From Pseudovirgaria hyperparasitica (lineage: Eukaryota), in assembly GCA_010093815.1 (NCBI GenBank), contig ML996582.1: 64,000 bases of DNA. One strand, written 5' to 3'. Under the pieces are notes generated by a model, which saw nothing but the letters and a program-made list of their open reading frames with translations, did not search any database and was not told the DNA's origin. Positions 51,855-64,000 of this stretch are shown one piece after another. Made by a program: the position numbers and the translations under genes. Each line of letters begins with the position of its first letter. The stretch's first letter is position 1.

Positions 51855-54394
51855 ATGAACATGGACAGCCTCAACATGGACGAAGCCTTCCTGGCCTTCG
51901 ATCCCTCATACGACCCGAGCAATCGACTCTACCATCCGCTGGCGACACAGTCCTGGCCGCTTCCTGTCGAACAAAACATGTCCCAACAGTCATCAAACAA
52001 CCAGAACAACCAGATTCAGCGAGCGAACACGTCCTCTGCAACATCCTCGCAGCCTACGACCAGCACAGCACCTCTTCAGTCACATCGTATTAGCTATTCA
52101 CACGGGGGGATTACTCCGTCGACAGCTGGCTTACTGACCGACTGGAGCAGCTACCAGTTACCTCATACCGGTCAGCAGAATGGCTATCTTCAAGATACAA
52201 CTATCGATCCGTCAGCCTTTAACGCCTTCGGCACTTCTCTTCACAACTCACCCATAGACTTCATGCCAGTGTCACAGGCGACTATGAATACGACGCTTTC
52301 GATGGAGGGCTCCTCCAACTTCATGGCCATTTCTTCTGCGATGGATATGCAACAGATGACTAGCTTTGCATTCCAGATGAATGATTTTCAGAATGAACTC
52401 ATGTACGCTGGAACTACTGAGCTAGGCACGAACGAATATGCTGTTCCCTGCTCGAGTGTTGGAGGTTCTTCACCATCAGAGAACTTGTTGGAAATCAGGT
52501 CCATATCGAGCGACGAGAATGGAAATGGCTGGAGCTTTGTGGATATCCCACAGTCCCACCGACGGTCATTTGGTTCGTACAACACGGACAACTCAAACCA
52601 GATAATACACAACCCAGCCATGAGTCTACACATCCGGACTGGCTCCGGCTCCGACGAATCTAATCATTCCGACGTTCCACCCTCTGCCATCTCTTTCGGT
52701 AGCGGATATGAAGAGGTCATGTTTCCTATGGGCTCTCCACAATCAGAGCACCATATTGAATTCACTCAACATGGTACTCATGGTCTTTCCAGTACATCCT
52801 CGAATCATGATAGGAAATCTGGGGACCTTCAGCATTACCACCCACACACCCATTCTCACCACAATTCTCCCACGAATGCTTCGGCAAGCCCCATACCAAT
52901 TGTGACGCAGCCCAAAGCCTGCACCCAAGGCCATAACGGACTAAAGTCGACCTCACCCACGTCGTCCGGTGTCAGCTCCCCTCCGTCGGCACGAAGACGG
53001 AAAAGTCCAACAGGTGCGAGAGATAAGGTCCAGAAGACAATTCAAAAGAAGCCAGTGCATTCTACGAAGAAAGATGCCAATGCCAGCGAGAAAAAGGTTG
53101 GAAGAAGGCGCGGCCCTTTGCGACCCGATCAACGTCAACAAGCACATGAGATCCGCAAATTACGTGCTTGCCTTCGATGCAAGTTCCTTAAGAAAACATG
53201 TGACAAGGGTGACCCTTGTGGTGGCTGCCAGCCTTCCCATGCCCGTCTCTGGCAAGTGCCTTGCACCCGTATCGACATTAAAGATATCGCGTACTTCATG
53301 AAGGACTGGAAAGCGGATTATGAGCGTCATGTCAGCCTAGGGTTCTCTGTTGGCAACATTAAAGGGTTCTCCCAAATTGAACGGCAGATCTATGTCACCC
53401 ACGGGTACGGCTTTTACCTTCCCATCAACGCTCGTGAGGTGTACGTTCGTGATGACAAATGCTTCGGCGTGGATTGGGTGGAGCAGATCAATGAATTCCC
53501 GAAGACTTTCGAATGTCAGACTGCCAAACTTTCAGCTGGCATGGAAGGCATCTCACACGCTATGTTGTCCGAGTATCTGGATCGCCACATTGACGGAGGA
53601 TTCGAGAGATTTGTCGATGAATACTTTGACGGAACCTACTTCATCTCGGAGATTCTGAAGACTGCATATCGCTTTTACCTTCGCGAGAAACTTCCAGTCA
53701 TCCGTAAAGCTCTGAAACTTGTGCTTGCATACAATCTCACTCTACACGTGACGATGGTTGAGGGCTTGGGCGATGACGATCAGTATGTTGGGAAGGTTGA
53801 TGACAATGCTAGCAAGTTCTTCGGCAAGACGGTCGCGCCAGTCATGATCAATTTCCAGGTCAAATGCGCGCTGGCCGATATGTGGCGAGAGCTTCAGAAG
53901 GACGTCCTTGAGGAGTTGTCTAGTCTATACTCGTCTGTGTACAGTGGTGACAAGCTTAAGAATTGGCCGACCATTTTCATGCTTGCTGCTATTCTTCTTT
54001 GCGTCTGGGAGCTCATGCAGTTCGACTGTCATTATCGTATCCCAGATCAGAAGGCTGTTGAGAAATTTTGCAACGATATGGAAAGCACACCAGTAGGCGT
54101 CATCGTTGGGCTTTTCTCTGCCATTTCCCAGAAGCTTCCGAGTTTCTCAGAGTGGGATACGCGCAAGCACCATCACCTACTGGCGTCAAACCCCGCTGTG
54201 TGCGATGCTATGACTGAAGTACGCGCGCATGTACACAAATATGGTAAGTATAGTCGCCAGGCATACCTTTCAGATTATGTTAACACTTCTCAGACTCGTA
54301 TTTGAGATCGCGCGCTGACAGCAAATTCGACCGCGAGGATTTTGACTCTCTGTCAAACAAGTTTCTCTCGAAGCTGGTTATTCGTGCAAACTGA
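51855..54394 (+). CDS. Zn(II)2Cys6-like transcription factor with a central Cys cluster; 2 exons
   Basis: KKVGRRRGPLRPDQRQQAHEIRKLRACLRCKFLKKTCDKGDPCGGCQPSHARLWQVPC after a long S/Q/H-rich N-terminus. Intron ~54244-54293; ends SKLVIRAN*. Confidence 0.88.
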
Positions 54395-55804
54395 ACGAGC
54401 CCACCATATCAATGTCACCTTCTCATGCGGAAACGAACGATTAGGACACGACGCATAATACGATCGTCAACGAAATGTGATAGGCGACCATGATATTCCA
54501 CACATTGTTTTGATTTATATTTGATTCCCCGGCGTATCTACGCCAAGCTATATTCAGTCTGTCATCTATCGGCATCATCATCTGATCAATGTATCAGAGC
54601 AGCCCGAAAGCACTACCAGGTAGATGGCAGGCCATTGTGCTATTTGTTTGAGGATACGACTGTCATGATTGTTTTGGAACACATGATCCACGACACGTCA
54701 CGTCCATTTACGACTTTACGATGACAACGATCTGTTCGAATTGAAACGCAGCAAGCGACTGATCTTTTGAAAACTCATTTCACTTTCCACCCGGTTCAGG
54801 TCTCTCTTCCGGGTCTGGATTCTCTTCTCCTGCATGGATATAGAGACTTATGATCTTTGACGAATGCATTAGCAACAACGATCACCATCTACAACCGACC
54901 ATATTCGATCTTTACCTGCACAAATTTTTCTTGTTGTCTATTGTTTTGAAGGAGTGGAAAGCTACGAGAAGGAGAATATATGCCTGCACATATCGATGGC
55001 ACACATATGACACATATCTTGCTACGCTCGACTGTGTTGGGGAAGATCACTGCATCATCTCATCTTACCTTCATATTATCAACCACTTCACGCCATACCT
55101 CAACACATTTACTTCTGCCTTCAGCCATCCCTCTTGTCCTCTTTTCTCTGATGTATCAATGCTTGGTGGCATTTCTTTGAATCTCGGATCTTTGGTGAGC
55201 AGCGGCGATCGAGCATCAGCTTTCTGGGTAGCATTCGGTGGCATTGGGGATAACTAGGCACATCTACCGTTGACTTTATTGGATGGGTTTGTTGGGTAGC
55301 TTAGACTCAGTGAATATAATAACATCCTCAAAACATGGTGCTTCCCCTCTCTGCAATGCGCTATTTCACATGCAAGAAATCGCTTCGACTAACCCACCAC
55401 ACAATCTTTGCGCCCCTCCTAATAACAAAATTTGGCCGCCCTCTTGTTTCTCTTCACCGCTCCGGCCCGTCCCCCTCCCCCAAGTGCTTGCTAAAAGTAC
55501 TCCCGATATCACGGAAAATTGCACCGAGCAGGACCTAGTTTTGCTCCGCCTCACTACCTACCTGCCTATCATTGTTTGTCGTCCACCGCTTTCTCAACAC
55601 GCCGCATCCCCCACTCCCCGCCTACTTCCCAACTAATCACCTGTGCTGCCTGGTGGTCATCCCACCTGCCCTAAACTCCGCATCATCCTGCCCTATTCTG
55701 CACTGCCTCCCCATACATCATCCCTCTCTCCCAATCCCCCAGCCGTCCAGAGATGGGTAACTAGGTGGAGTGTGGAGTGGGCCGAACTACATGAAAAGGA
55801 AATT

Positions 55805-55840
55805 AAGGAAAAAAGAAGAAAAGAAAAAGAAAAAGAAAAA
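55805..55840. repeat. (GAAAA/GAAAAA)n polypurine tract
   Basis: aaggaaaaaagaagaaaagaaaaagaaaaagaaaaa. Confidence 0.8.
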
Positions 55841-57360
55841 GGCTTTTTAGAGAGAGGGAACAGGGGGTTAAACAACGCGCACTGCGTAGTACTTGTTATT
55901 ATTATTGTTGTTGTTGTTCTTATTTCTGAGAAACAATTTCTGTGATAAAAAAGAAAGTGGAGAGCGATGGTTGTGGACAGTCATGCATCCATGATACTAC
56001 CCCCCCCCTGCCCCTCCACCCTCTACACCTCCCAGAACATTCTCATAACATTCTTCATAACAAAGACCAAAAAAAAAGGGATGCCTGTATCGTGAATATA
56101 TATCCCCATTAGGAATAGTGCGTGGCTTCACCTTCTACGGCCTGTGCCCTTATGCCTAATTAATTATCTTACCTGGGCTCGTCCCGTGCCCTCCGCTTTG
56201 CCTACTTCCTGATGCCTTGTGCGTTCTTCAGCCTTCTTTAGCCCTATGTATTGTGCCGTATGGCTTTTTGTCGGTGCTGTAGCCGTTGGGGGCGTTGTGC
56301 ATCTTGTCTTGGTGCTTTCTTCAGCCTTGTTTGTGCCTTGTGCCGTTCTGTCGGTAACTGACTGGCCTTGTGACTTATGCCTTCTTCTGCGTTCTGCTTT
56401 CTGACCTTCTACTTTCTTACCTTCTGCCGAATACTTTCTGCCTTTTCCCACCTATCTACTACCTTCTGCCTTTCTGCCTTATGCGGCATGCCCTGTGCCG
56501 CAGAGCTCCACATACACGTCATCGACCCTAATTCACCAGTCCACCAGTCCACCCATATGCAGCAGCGGGGAGGTTCGTTGAACGCCGTACAGTAGAGCGA
56601 ACATGAACCATGGAAACACTCCAACGACTGATACGCCCTTTGTTCTTTCTTCTGGAGGCGTGTCCTTTCCTTATGGGTATGTGTAATATGGATTCGAGTA
56701 CGACGTACATGGGCGAGGGGATAATGATTTGAGGCAGAGGAGAGGAACTACTTGAATCGAGGTACATTTTTTGATATTATTTATGGTGTTTTCGACGTGG
56801 GGGATGAAGACGATGATGACAATGTGCTATGCCATGATAGAATCTGTCTGTCATGGAGAGAAATTTGAGATGTTTTGTTGTGAGTGTCTGTGTGCAGGAC
56901 CTGATATAGCTAGCTAATTTGTTCTATCGAGGTATCATCGCAAGATAAGGACTAGTCCGTTATGGCAGGCAATGTCATCGTGGTCGCCATTCATCCTTGT
57001 TACCGCGCGATCGCTGTTTTGCGGATTGTGTAGAACACATTAAAGACAGACGGACGGACGGACGGATAGACGTTGTTGCAAGTAATAATACACAAACTGG
57101 AAAGAAGATCTACCACGCCATGTTTCAAGGATAATGGAACTCGTAAATTCGTTCTGGCGACTTCGATCGGGGTGTACCTCAGGAACACCTTGCAGTGGTA
57201 AATCATGGGGGGAATTGGCTGACTATATACCCGGGCAGTACTGTGGCTTTCGGAATGGTGATCGACGTGCAGAAAATGCGGTTCTGAGAGAGCAAAATGC
57301 GAGGTTGTGCTGAAAAGCAAGGTTCCACTTCGCAGCACCGAAGGAGCATGACGAAGCCGT

Positions 57361-59376
57361 TCAGGTCGCGGTCCTAGACTCACGTCGAATGCGTTTCGAG
57401 ACTCGAAAGAACATGTCGGTGTGGATGAAGAAGCCAACACACTTGACCGAGAATGGATTGGACGGATCGGCAATCTGAAAGTTGTACTCCATGAGCAACT
57501 GTAGATGCACGTTAGCAGGGAAAACTCGTCGCGTGACAAGCACTGTTCTTACCTCTGGAATGGTCTTGTTGATCTCCATCTGCGCAACTGGACGACCAAG
57601 ACAGCCGAAGCGACCCCAGCCAAACGCCATCCATACCGTCTCTTCCATATGAGCGAGCTCCTCTGGCGTGTGGCCGCCTGAAGCAAGCCAGCGCTCTGGT
57701 CGAAACACATCGACATCGTCCCCGAAGATCTCCTTGGTGCGCATCAAGCCCCAAGAGTTCCAAGCAATCTGAGTATTTGGAGGAATGTACATCCCATTAA
57801 AGTGGTCGCCATTGGCCGGAGACTGCTTAGCGAGCTGTCCAGTGACTGGAGGATAACATCGAAGGGTTTCTCTTACGCAAGCCTGGAAGTAGGGAAGTAG
57901 TCTAGATTCGGAATCACGGATGACAGGTCGAGTAAGTTTACCAGCAGCCTCAGCAACGTCCAGCTCTTCCAATACTTTGTTGTAGACGGAGGGGTTGGAG
58001 GCGATAAGGAAGATTGCCATGCGAATCACCGTGGCTGTCGAGTCTGATCCAGCCGCACTATACAAGCCCGTGTTAATTATAAGCGCTATTGTATAGGGGG
58101 CGCAAAAGTCAGCCCACTTACACTTGGGTGAGGGTCTCAGACTCGAGCTGATCTTGAGTGAGACCATTCTTCAGGAAAGATCCGAGCATGTCCCTTCTAA
58201 CCACTTTCTCCTCGCCAAAGCGTTCTGCAACGACATCTTTGGCGAATCTAGAATCATGCACGTCAGCTTCGGTACGATGTCACGCTGAAAGAGCAAGGAA
58301 TCTCGTGTCACCCGCCCTCAGGATACAACAGTGGTGGCATTTGCTGCACATTGCCTCTCTTTTCGTACGACCCACCCTTGGCAACGCTTATTGGCAAGGA
58401 AAATGCGCCTAAAAGGTAAAGATGCGGCAGAACTTACCCCATGACTCTGCCAACTCCATTAACATCCGTGGCTTTCGGTAGCAGTGCCTGCATCCATGAT
58501 AGACGCATAATCTTCTGGATCTCAGGGTAAACACCAAAGAATATGATAGCCGGAAGTAGAGTCTGCAGCTGTGGAAGATAGCCGAACGGATCGTCATTCA
58601 AGTCAAGGAAGCCAAAGGACTTGCCGAACGCGACAGTGGAGATGACATCCAGTGAGAAGAAGGTTGCCAGACGCGCAAGGTCGAAAGGAACGTATTCGGC
58701 CTCAGAGGAGACATAAGTGCGGTTGATGAGCGCGAAGAAGTCTTCAATGCATCTATCAATATCTTTCTCGAGGTCGGGAACGTCCTTGCCAGAGTACTGT
58801 GTGGATGGTGTCAGTCCTTGTACGTGCAGAAAGTGGAGCATGACGGAAGCAGGGATGCTGCAGAAGGGCTCACCCCTTGTGTCATCTGGGCGCGCAATCG
58901 AGAATGGACCTGCTCGTCACGATGGGAGGTGATGTTATCTCGAGTTGGATGCAGGCGCAGTGCATTGTACCACACTGAACGACGATAATCGCTTCTGGTG
59001 CCGTTCATTCGCTTGATGAGGGCAACATCGGTGGTCAGGAGTGTCTGAGGTCCCACGCGAGCAGTCTTGCCTGTGGCACGAGTCAGTATCATAGCCCAAG
59101 AGCATTCGCCTCACGCATCGAAATTGGCGTCCAGATGGAGCAATCTGGCGAGAGAAGGGAGAGCGACGTACCATATTTGTCGTTGACGGCTCGAAACTCA
59201 TGGTTCATGCGACCACCTAGGTTGGCTCTCAACAGCCATAGACGCGAGAAACCAGACGACCATGGGCCTTTGAAGTGACGGAGGGCAAGGTAGGCATTCA
59301 GTGTTGAGTAGACGTACCACAGTACCAAAAGGCCGGAGACGAGGGCTGCGACAAACGACGGTGGCAGCAGAGCCAT
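57361..59376 (-). CDS. Cytochrome P450 (pisatin demethylase/benzoate hydroxylase-like clan); ~6 exons
   Basis: N-terminal TM anchor, I-helix AGSDSTAT, ETLR, FRPERW and the heme motif FGWGRFGCLG. Confidence 0.93.
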
Positions 59377-61105
59377 TATGGTGTCCGTGGAGGTGGGTGG
59401 GCAACGAACAGCTAGGGTTTAGTATGTGCAAGTGATCGTTTCGAGGCCGTAATTAGTGTTGGGGGTTTGTTTAACGTGGCGGACCCAGCAGTCTGGATAT
59501 TCTTCGAAGAGCAGTACGACGAGGCTGTTCGAGGGTGGGGTAAGACAGCTTTTGTATGATCGGGTGAAGATGAAAAGCAGTGGCCTGTGAACGATGGCAG
59601 TGTGCGGACGAGATGGGCATTGTGCAGACGAATTTGAATATTATCTGCGAAACCTCCAGCTTGAACGGGCGTGAACAGCCCGCGAGATGGATATGCTGGA
59701 CGCCAACTAATTACAAGCAAGCAAGGGAAGCAGAAGCAGAAACAAGAGGAAGAGACAGAAATCGCTGTGTGAGCAACCTTGGAAGCAGCGAACGAAGGAA
59801 TTGGCAGTGGACCGGGATGGTCAATTGCCGTGTGTGCCGCCAATTCTGGTGGTGAAAATTGGCACCACGACCTACGATCCGTGCCGAAAGACGAGTCCTG
59901 TGCAGAATCGAGGTGCGTGCCTCATGGAGTGAAGGCTGCAACACTGGACAGACGTCTTATGTCATGAATACTATTATCGCATGGGATACTCCCTGTACCC
60001 ATTTGGAAGGATTCCATGGTATGATATGAGCCGGCCGTCAATGGAGTCGCGACTCGGACCAATTGGGTATCGTCATTGTAAACATCAGGTGTGTCTTGGC
60101 AAGGAGTTGACCACATTCACTCCCCCTATTCTACAGATGTAATTAGACCACAGAACATGACACGCTTCTTTGGGTGGAGGTGAAGGGAGACGGAGAGAGA
60201 GAGGTCGCAGCTACGGTCGGCAGGCATCATTTGGTGGATGGTGAATAGTGGATGGTGGTGGCGTGGTGATGTACAGAGAGCGTTGACTGTAGGGTATTAT
60301 CAGTAATTAGGTATCAGGTACGTACTCCTAGGTGGCTATTAGGCTATTATAGGTGTCCAGCACACGCTCACCCGGGGGCTCCAGAAAGGTAGTAAATACC
60401 TGGGTAGTAATTAATAGGTACAGCCAGGGATGATGGCACTGGGCGGTCAGGCAGACAGGCCGACAAAAGTAATTACCAGGACTGCCCAGAACATCATCCC
60501 AGTCCCCACCAGGTGATAATTAGATACCCTGTCCTGTCCACCCTGGCGCCTTTTCTTCTCCACGGCTCATAAGGGAAGAAGGGACGGTAACTATGACCAG
60601 AATCATGACCGTGTCCATGACCGTGACCATCTTCATAACCGTGACCGGGAGCTGTTCTCCATAAATAATGCCGCCGCATCACATCCATCCCCACTGCCAT
60701 GCTCTGGCCACGTGAAAACTTCTGCTGTACCATCCCTTGAGAATGTCCTCCTGCTGCATCGCTTGCAGATGATTTTGCGACAGAGGCGTTATGCGCGCGT
60801 ACCGTACGTACCAGCTCGCAGTCCTCCAGTCCTCCCCTTCGTTCGCCTTCACCATCGCGCAACCTTGCACGAGTGACCAATCCTCATTATCGTCGGCTTT
60901 CCTGTCCGCCATGTCCCACCACCTGTGCATCCTGGACTCCACGCGTCAACTCTTGTAGCAGATAACACATTTTTATATGCTCCCTTGTCCACAGAAGCCC
61001 ATCCGACCTCTTCATGCTCTTTGAGGCTCTGCGCCATCAAAGTAATCTGCGTGTGGCGTTCTTTCCCATTTTCATCACTCTTCCTGCCACCACAATCGAG
61101 CCACC

Positions 61106-62719
61106 ATGGCTGCACCTCAGCCAGTCGTTGAAGTTGACGTACGTATACAAGTCTGCCACTGCCTGCACGCCATAAAGACGTCCCGAGCGCGTCCTCTCCC
61201 TCCCTCTTTCCTGCATCACCTACGCCAGGCTGATCCTGCAGCATAGTTAACCGTTCCATTAGGATGATACCGAGACAGATTCGGCCTTTGGTGATGACAC
61301 GTCAGTTCCGGAGGAATCTTGATGCTTCTGGACAACGCTCAGCTTCTTCCAGTGAGAGTGCCACCACCTCGGTTGCCGAGAGCATCTACAATTACCGTAA
61401 AGAACACGGCAGAACCTACCATGGTCAGTGTCTCGGGCTTGCTTTCTCCACACCTGTCCCATTTCGTCCATGGAATTCCATTTCGCGTGACTGTCAGCTC
61501 GTGGTGGATGTGAAATCTAATGCCTTTCAGCTTATCGAGACGGCAAATATTGGATCCCAAATGATGAAGTAAGACCAGTCTGAACGCCACCCGTCCACTC
61601 ATACTCACTGGGTTCTTATAGCGTGAATCAGATCGACTAGGTACGAGATTCGCAATTTCTGTAAGGGACTATTTCTCAAGGAACGTCAGACTTGCAACAT
61701 CATATGTTCAACATCACCTTTAGCGATAAGCTGCACCAAGCCCCACTCTCCCCAGACATCCGAAACGCCCTGGATGTAGGCACTGGGACCGGCATCTGGG
61801 CCATGGATTTTGGCAAGTCTTGCCTGGTTTGTGACTCTGAGATGGCAAGGCACTAACAAGCTATCCCAGCCGATATGTACCCTGACTGCAGTGTCAAAGG
61901 GACAGATCTCTCACCGACGCAGCCGCAATTGCACGTAAGGCCTACTCGACGCTTCTGCACGACGCTGACGAAGACAGCGTTCCACCTAATTTGGAGTTCA
62001 TCATTGACGATGCAGAAGACGAATGGCTCTTCCGTCACAAGTTTGATTATATCCACTTGCGACTCATGGCAGGTACCTTCGAGAGCTGGGAGAAGGTGAT
62101 ACAGTCGGCATTTGAGTTGTACACCCTCTCTTATCTCTCAACGTGCAGCTAATGGGAAGCAGCAATCTGGAACCCGGAGGATGGCTAGAGATCCAAGACT
62201 ATGACATGCCTTGTAAGTCAGACGACAACACCCTTGCGGGCACAAAGCTTGAGCTGTGGGCCAGTAAGATGGTGGAGGGTGCTCGCAAGATGGGACGGCC
62301 CGTTGATCAGTCGCCCAACTACCGCCGGTGGATGCAAGAAATCGGATTCGTGGACATCCAAGAGCAACGCTATGTCTGGCCAACAAACTGCTGGCCAAGA
62401 GATCCGAAGCTCAAGGAGCTAGGCAAATGGTCCTTGGTAAATTTGAACGAAGGCATGGATGGGTTCACATTAGCCATCTTTACGAGAGTCCTGGGTTGGA
62501 CAAAGCCCGAAGTGGATGTACTTTGTGCTCAGGTGATTTGGATCCCATGCTACTCATCACAGACTTACTAACTGAAGGTTACAGGTGCGCGCAGATCTTC
62601 GTAACCGTTCTATCCATGCATATTTCAGCCTGTGAGTGCTTTGACTCGTGAGTTTCTTGCATGACGTCGACTGACAAAAGTCTCCCAGGCCGGTGATATA
62701 TGGTAGGAAGCCGTGCTAG
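61106..62719 (+). CDS. SAM-dependent methyltransferase, LaeA-like/Methyltransf_23 family; ~11 exons
   Basis: MAAPQPVVEVD|DDTETDSAFGDD, YRKEHGRTYH, PNDE|RESDRLD|LQHH, ALDVGTGTGIWAMDF, GTDLSPTQP, VPPNLEFIIDD, LEPGGWLEIQD, WPRDPKLKELG and VIYGRKP. Confidence 0.92.
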
Positions 62720-64000
62720 CGAGGAGGAGCGGTGAATGAATCGGTTCTTGCAGTCTCATAAGGTTTCCATCGCAGCTAGGCTTTATACATGATTCGTGAG
62801 CGTTCCAACGTTTGTTGATTTCTTGAGTCGAGCGATTCCACTCAAGCAAGGGCAGTGATATTTTCGAACATCGGCGCGGTACCATATTGCCAATTCGGCG
62901 TTTTGCATGGTGGCTCATAAAGCGATAGCGTTTCATTGCCGATAGTCATGACACTTCAAGCTGGAAGCCAGGAATGTAACAGAAAAGTGGTGATTGTCGA
63001 GTCAGTTGATAGCCTTCGTCGCACTACGTACCGAGGCTGTAGCACGAATTCGAAACAACGATCGATTGATTTGATCTTATCAACGTCGACAGCTGGAGCC
63101 AGAGTGACCAGAGTGAGCCGTGCCACAGCCTGATCAGCAGTTCGTCCATGGATCTGCTTATCGTAGCGGGGACACGTGAAAGGTCTCTAGTAATTATGAG
63201 AAAGTATGTTGTACAGAAAAGTTGATGGAGTAATAAATCCACTTACGTGGCCCCCCTGCTCTGCTATAATCATGGCTTGCCCAGGGTGGACCGGGGATGA
63301 TTGGGATGACAACCTCCTGCCCTGGGGATGCTCACCGAGGCAAAAGAATTTCTTGGCGGGGCTGGGTGGTAGCTCCGGCGCCACTCACGTGACATATTAT
63401 AATGACGCAAATCTCGGACTGGGTATTACTACTGATGTTTGGTTTGCTAGCAAGGCATTTCTTATTGTAGTAATGGAACCAAGAGAGTATGGGAGCTTGG
63501 TTCACATTCAATATTCTTTTAGAGCTGGCATTGTGGCTAGGTGTTCTGAGGAATTGGCAGGGATAAAACTTCGGTCTTTTTGATCTGTTAGGTGGGTTAG
63601 TGTAGTGAGACTTATATCAAGGGGAAGGAGATGGATGCTTATCTGTAGATTTGGGATTAGTTCTTCTTACCTATGCATAAAGATAAGGAGAAAGAGAGGA
63701 TGGAAGGAGGGAATGGCATTTACTATGCATCCGCAACGCGTGATATAATAATAGTAAAAGATACTACTGAAATAAATCTGGTTGATGAAGCTAGATCGTG
63801 TTACATTTCAGTGTATAAAGTGAATAACATACAACCAAAAGTCAACGTGCAAAGCTTTAGTATCATGCACCTACGACGCTCTTGCGGAGTATCTACCTAG
63901 CACCCACAGTAACCCTGCGCAATATCCAACACTCAGACCAATCCAGAAGATCCCCAAAGATCCCAAGGGAGTCTAATCACCACGCAGACCACTAATCCCA

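Noticed and set aside
63206..63583. 125-aa ORF near the window end
   Set aside because: No recognisable family or splice signals; possibly degraded sequence, not supportable as a gene.

Overview
Eukaryotic DNA from a filamentous ascomycete (Pezizomycotina-type short GT-AG introns with CTAAC/CTGAC branch points; a finer taxonomic call cannot be made from this window). It is mostly gene-dense housekeeping sequence with about 23 protein-coding genes and one tRNA-Leu(UAA). Confident calls: MPG1/PSA1, AzgA-type purine permease, PDR-type ABC transporter, AP-1 mu subunit, glycerol-3-phosphate acyltransferase, CE1 acetylxylan esterase, complex I Zn-finger subunit, YjbQ, mitochondrial S7, aldo-keto reductase, dynactin p27, USP-domain protein, tetra-ubiquitin, a Zn2Cys6-like regulator, and a divergent P450 / LaeA-like methyltransferase pair. 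I saw no intact transposon, CRISPR array or rRNA. The most interesting signals are regulatory: (1) a strand-specific ACGA(+TGCAT) motif cluster shared by the 3' UTRs of two regulatory genes; (2) a dsRBD-like microprotein, split by an intron and so missed by the ORF track, with a possible poison splice acceptor; (3) a TRP-like membrane gene separated by a single in-frame TGA from 434 more open codons; (4) seven TAATTA boxes in the P450/methyltransferase shared promoter; (5) a perfect UaY site upstream of azgA; (6) several non-canonical splice events. All exon structures were read by eye and family calls come from motif recognition, not database searches.
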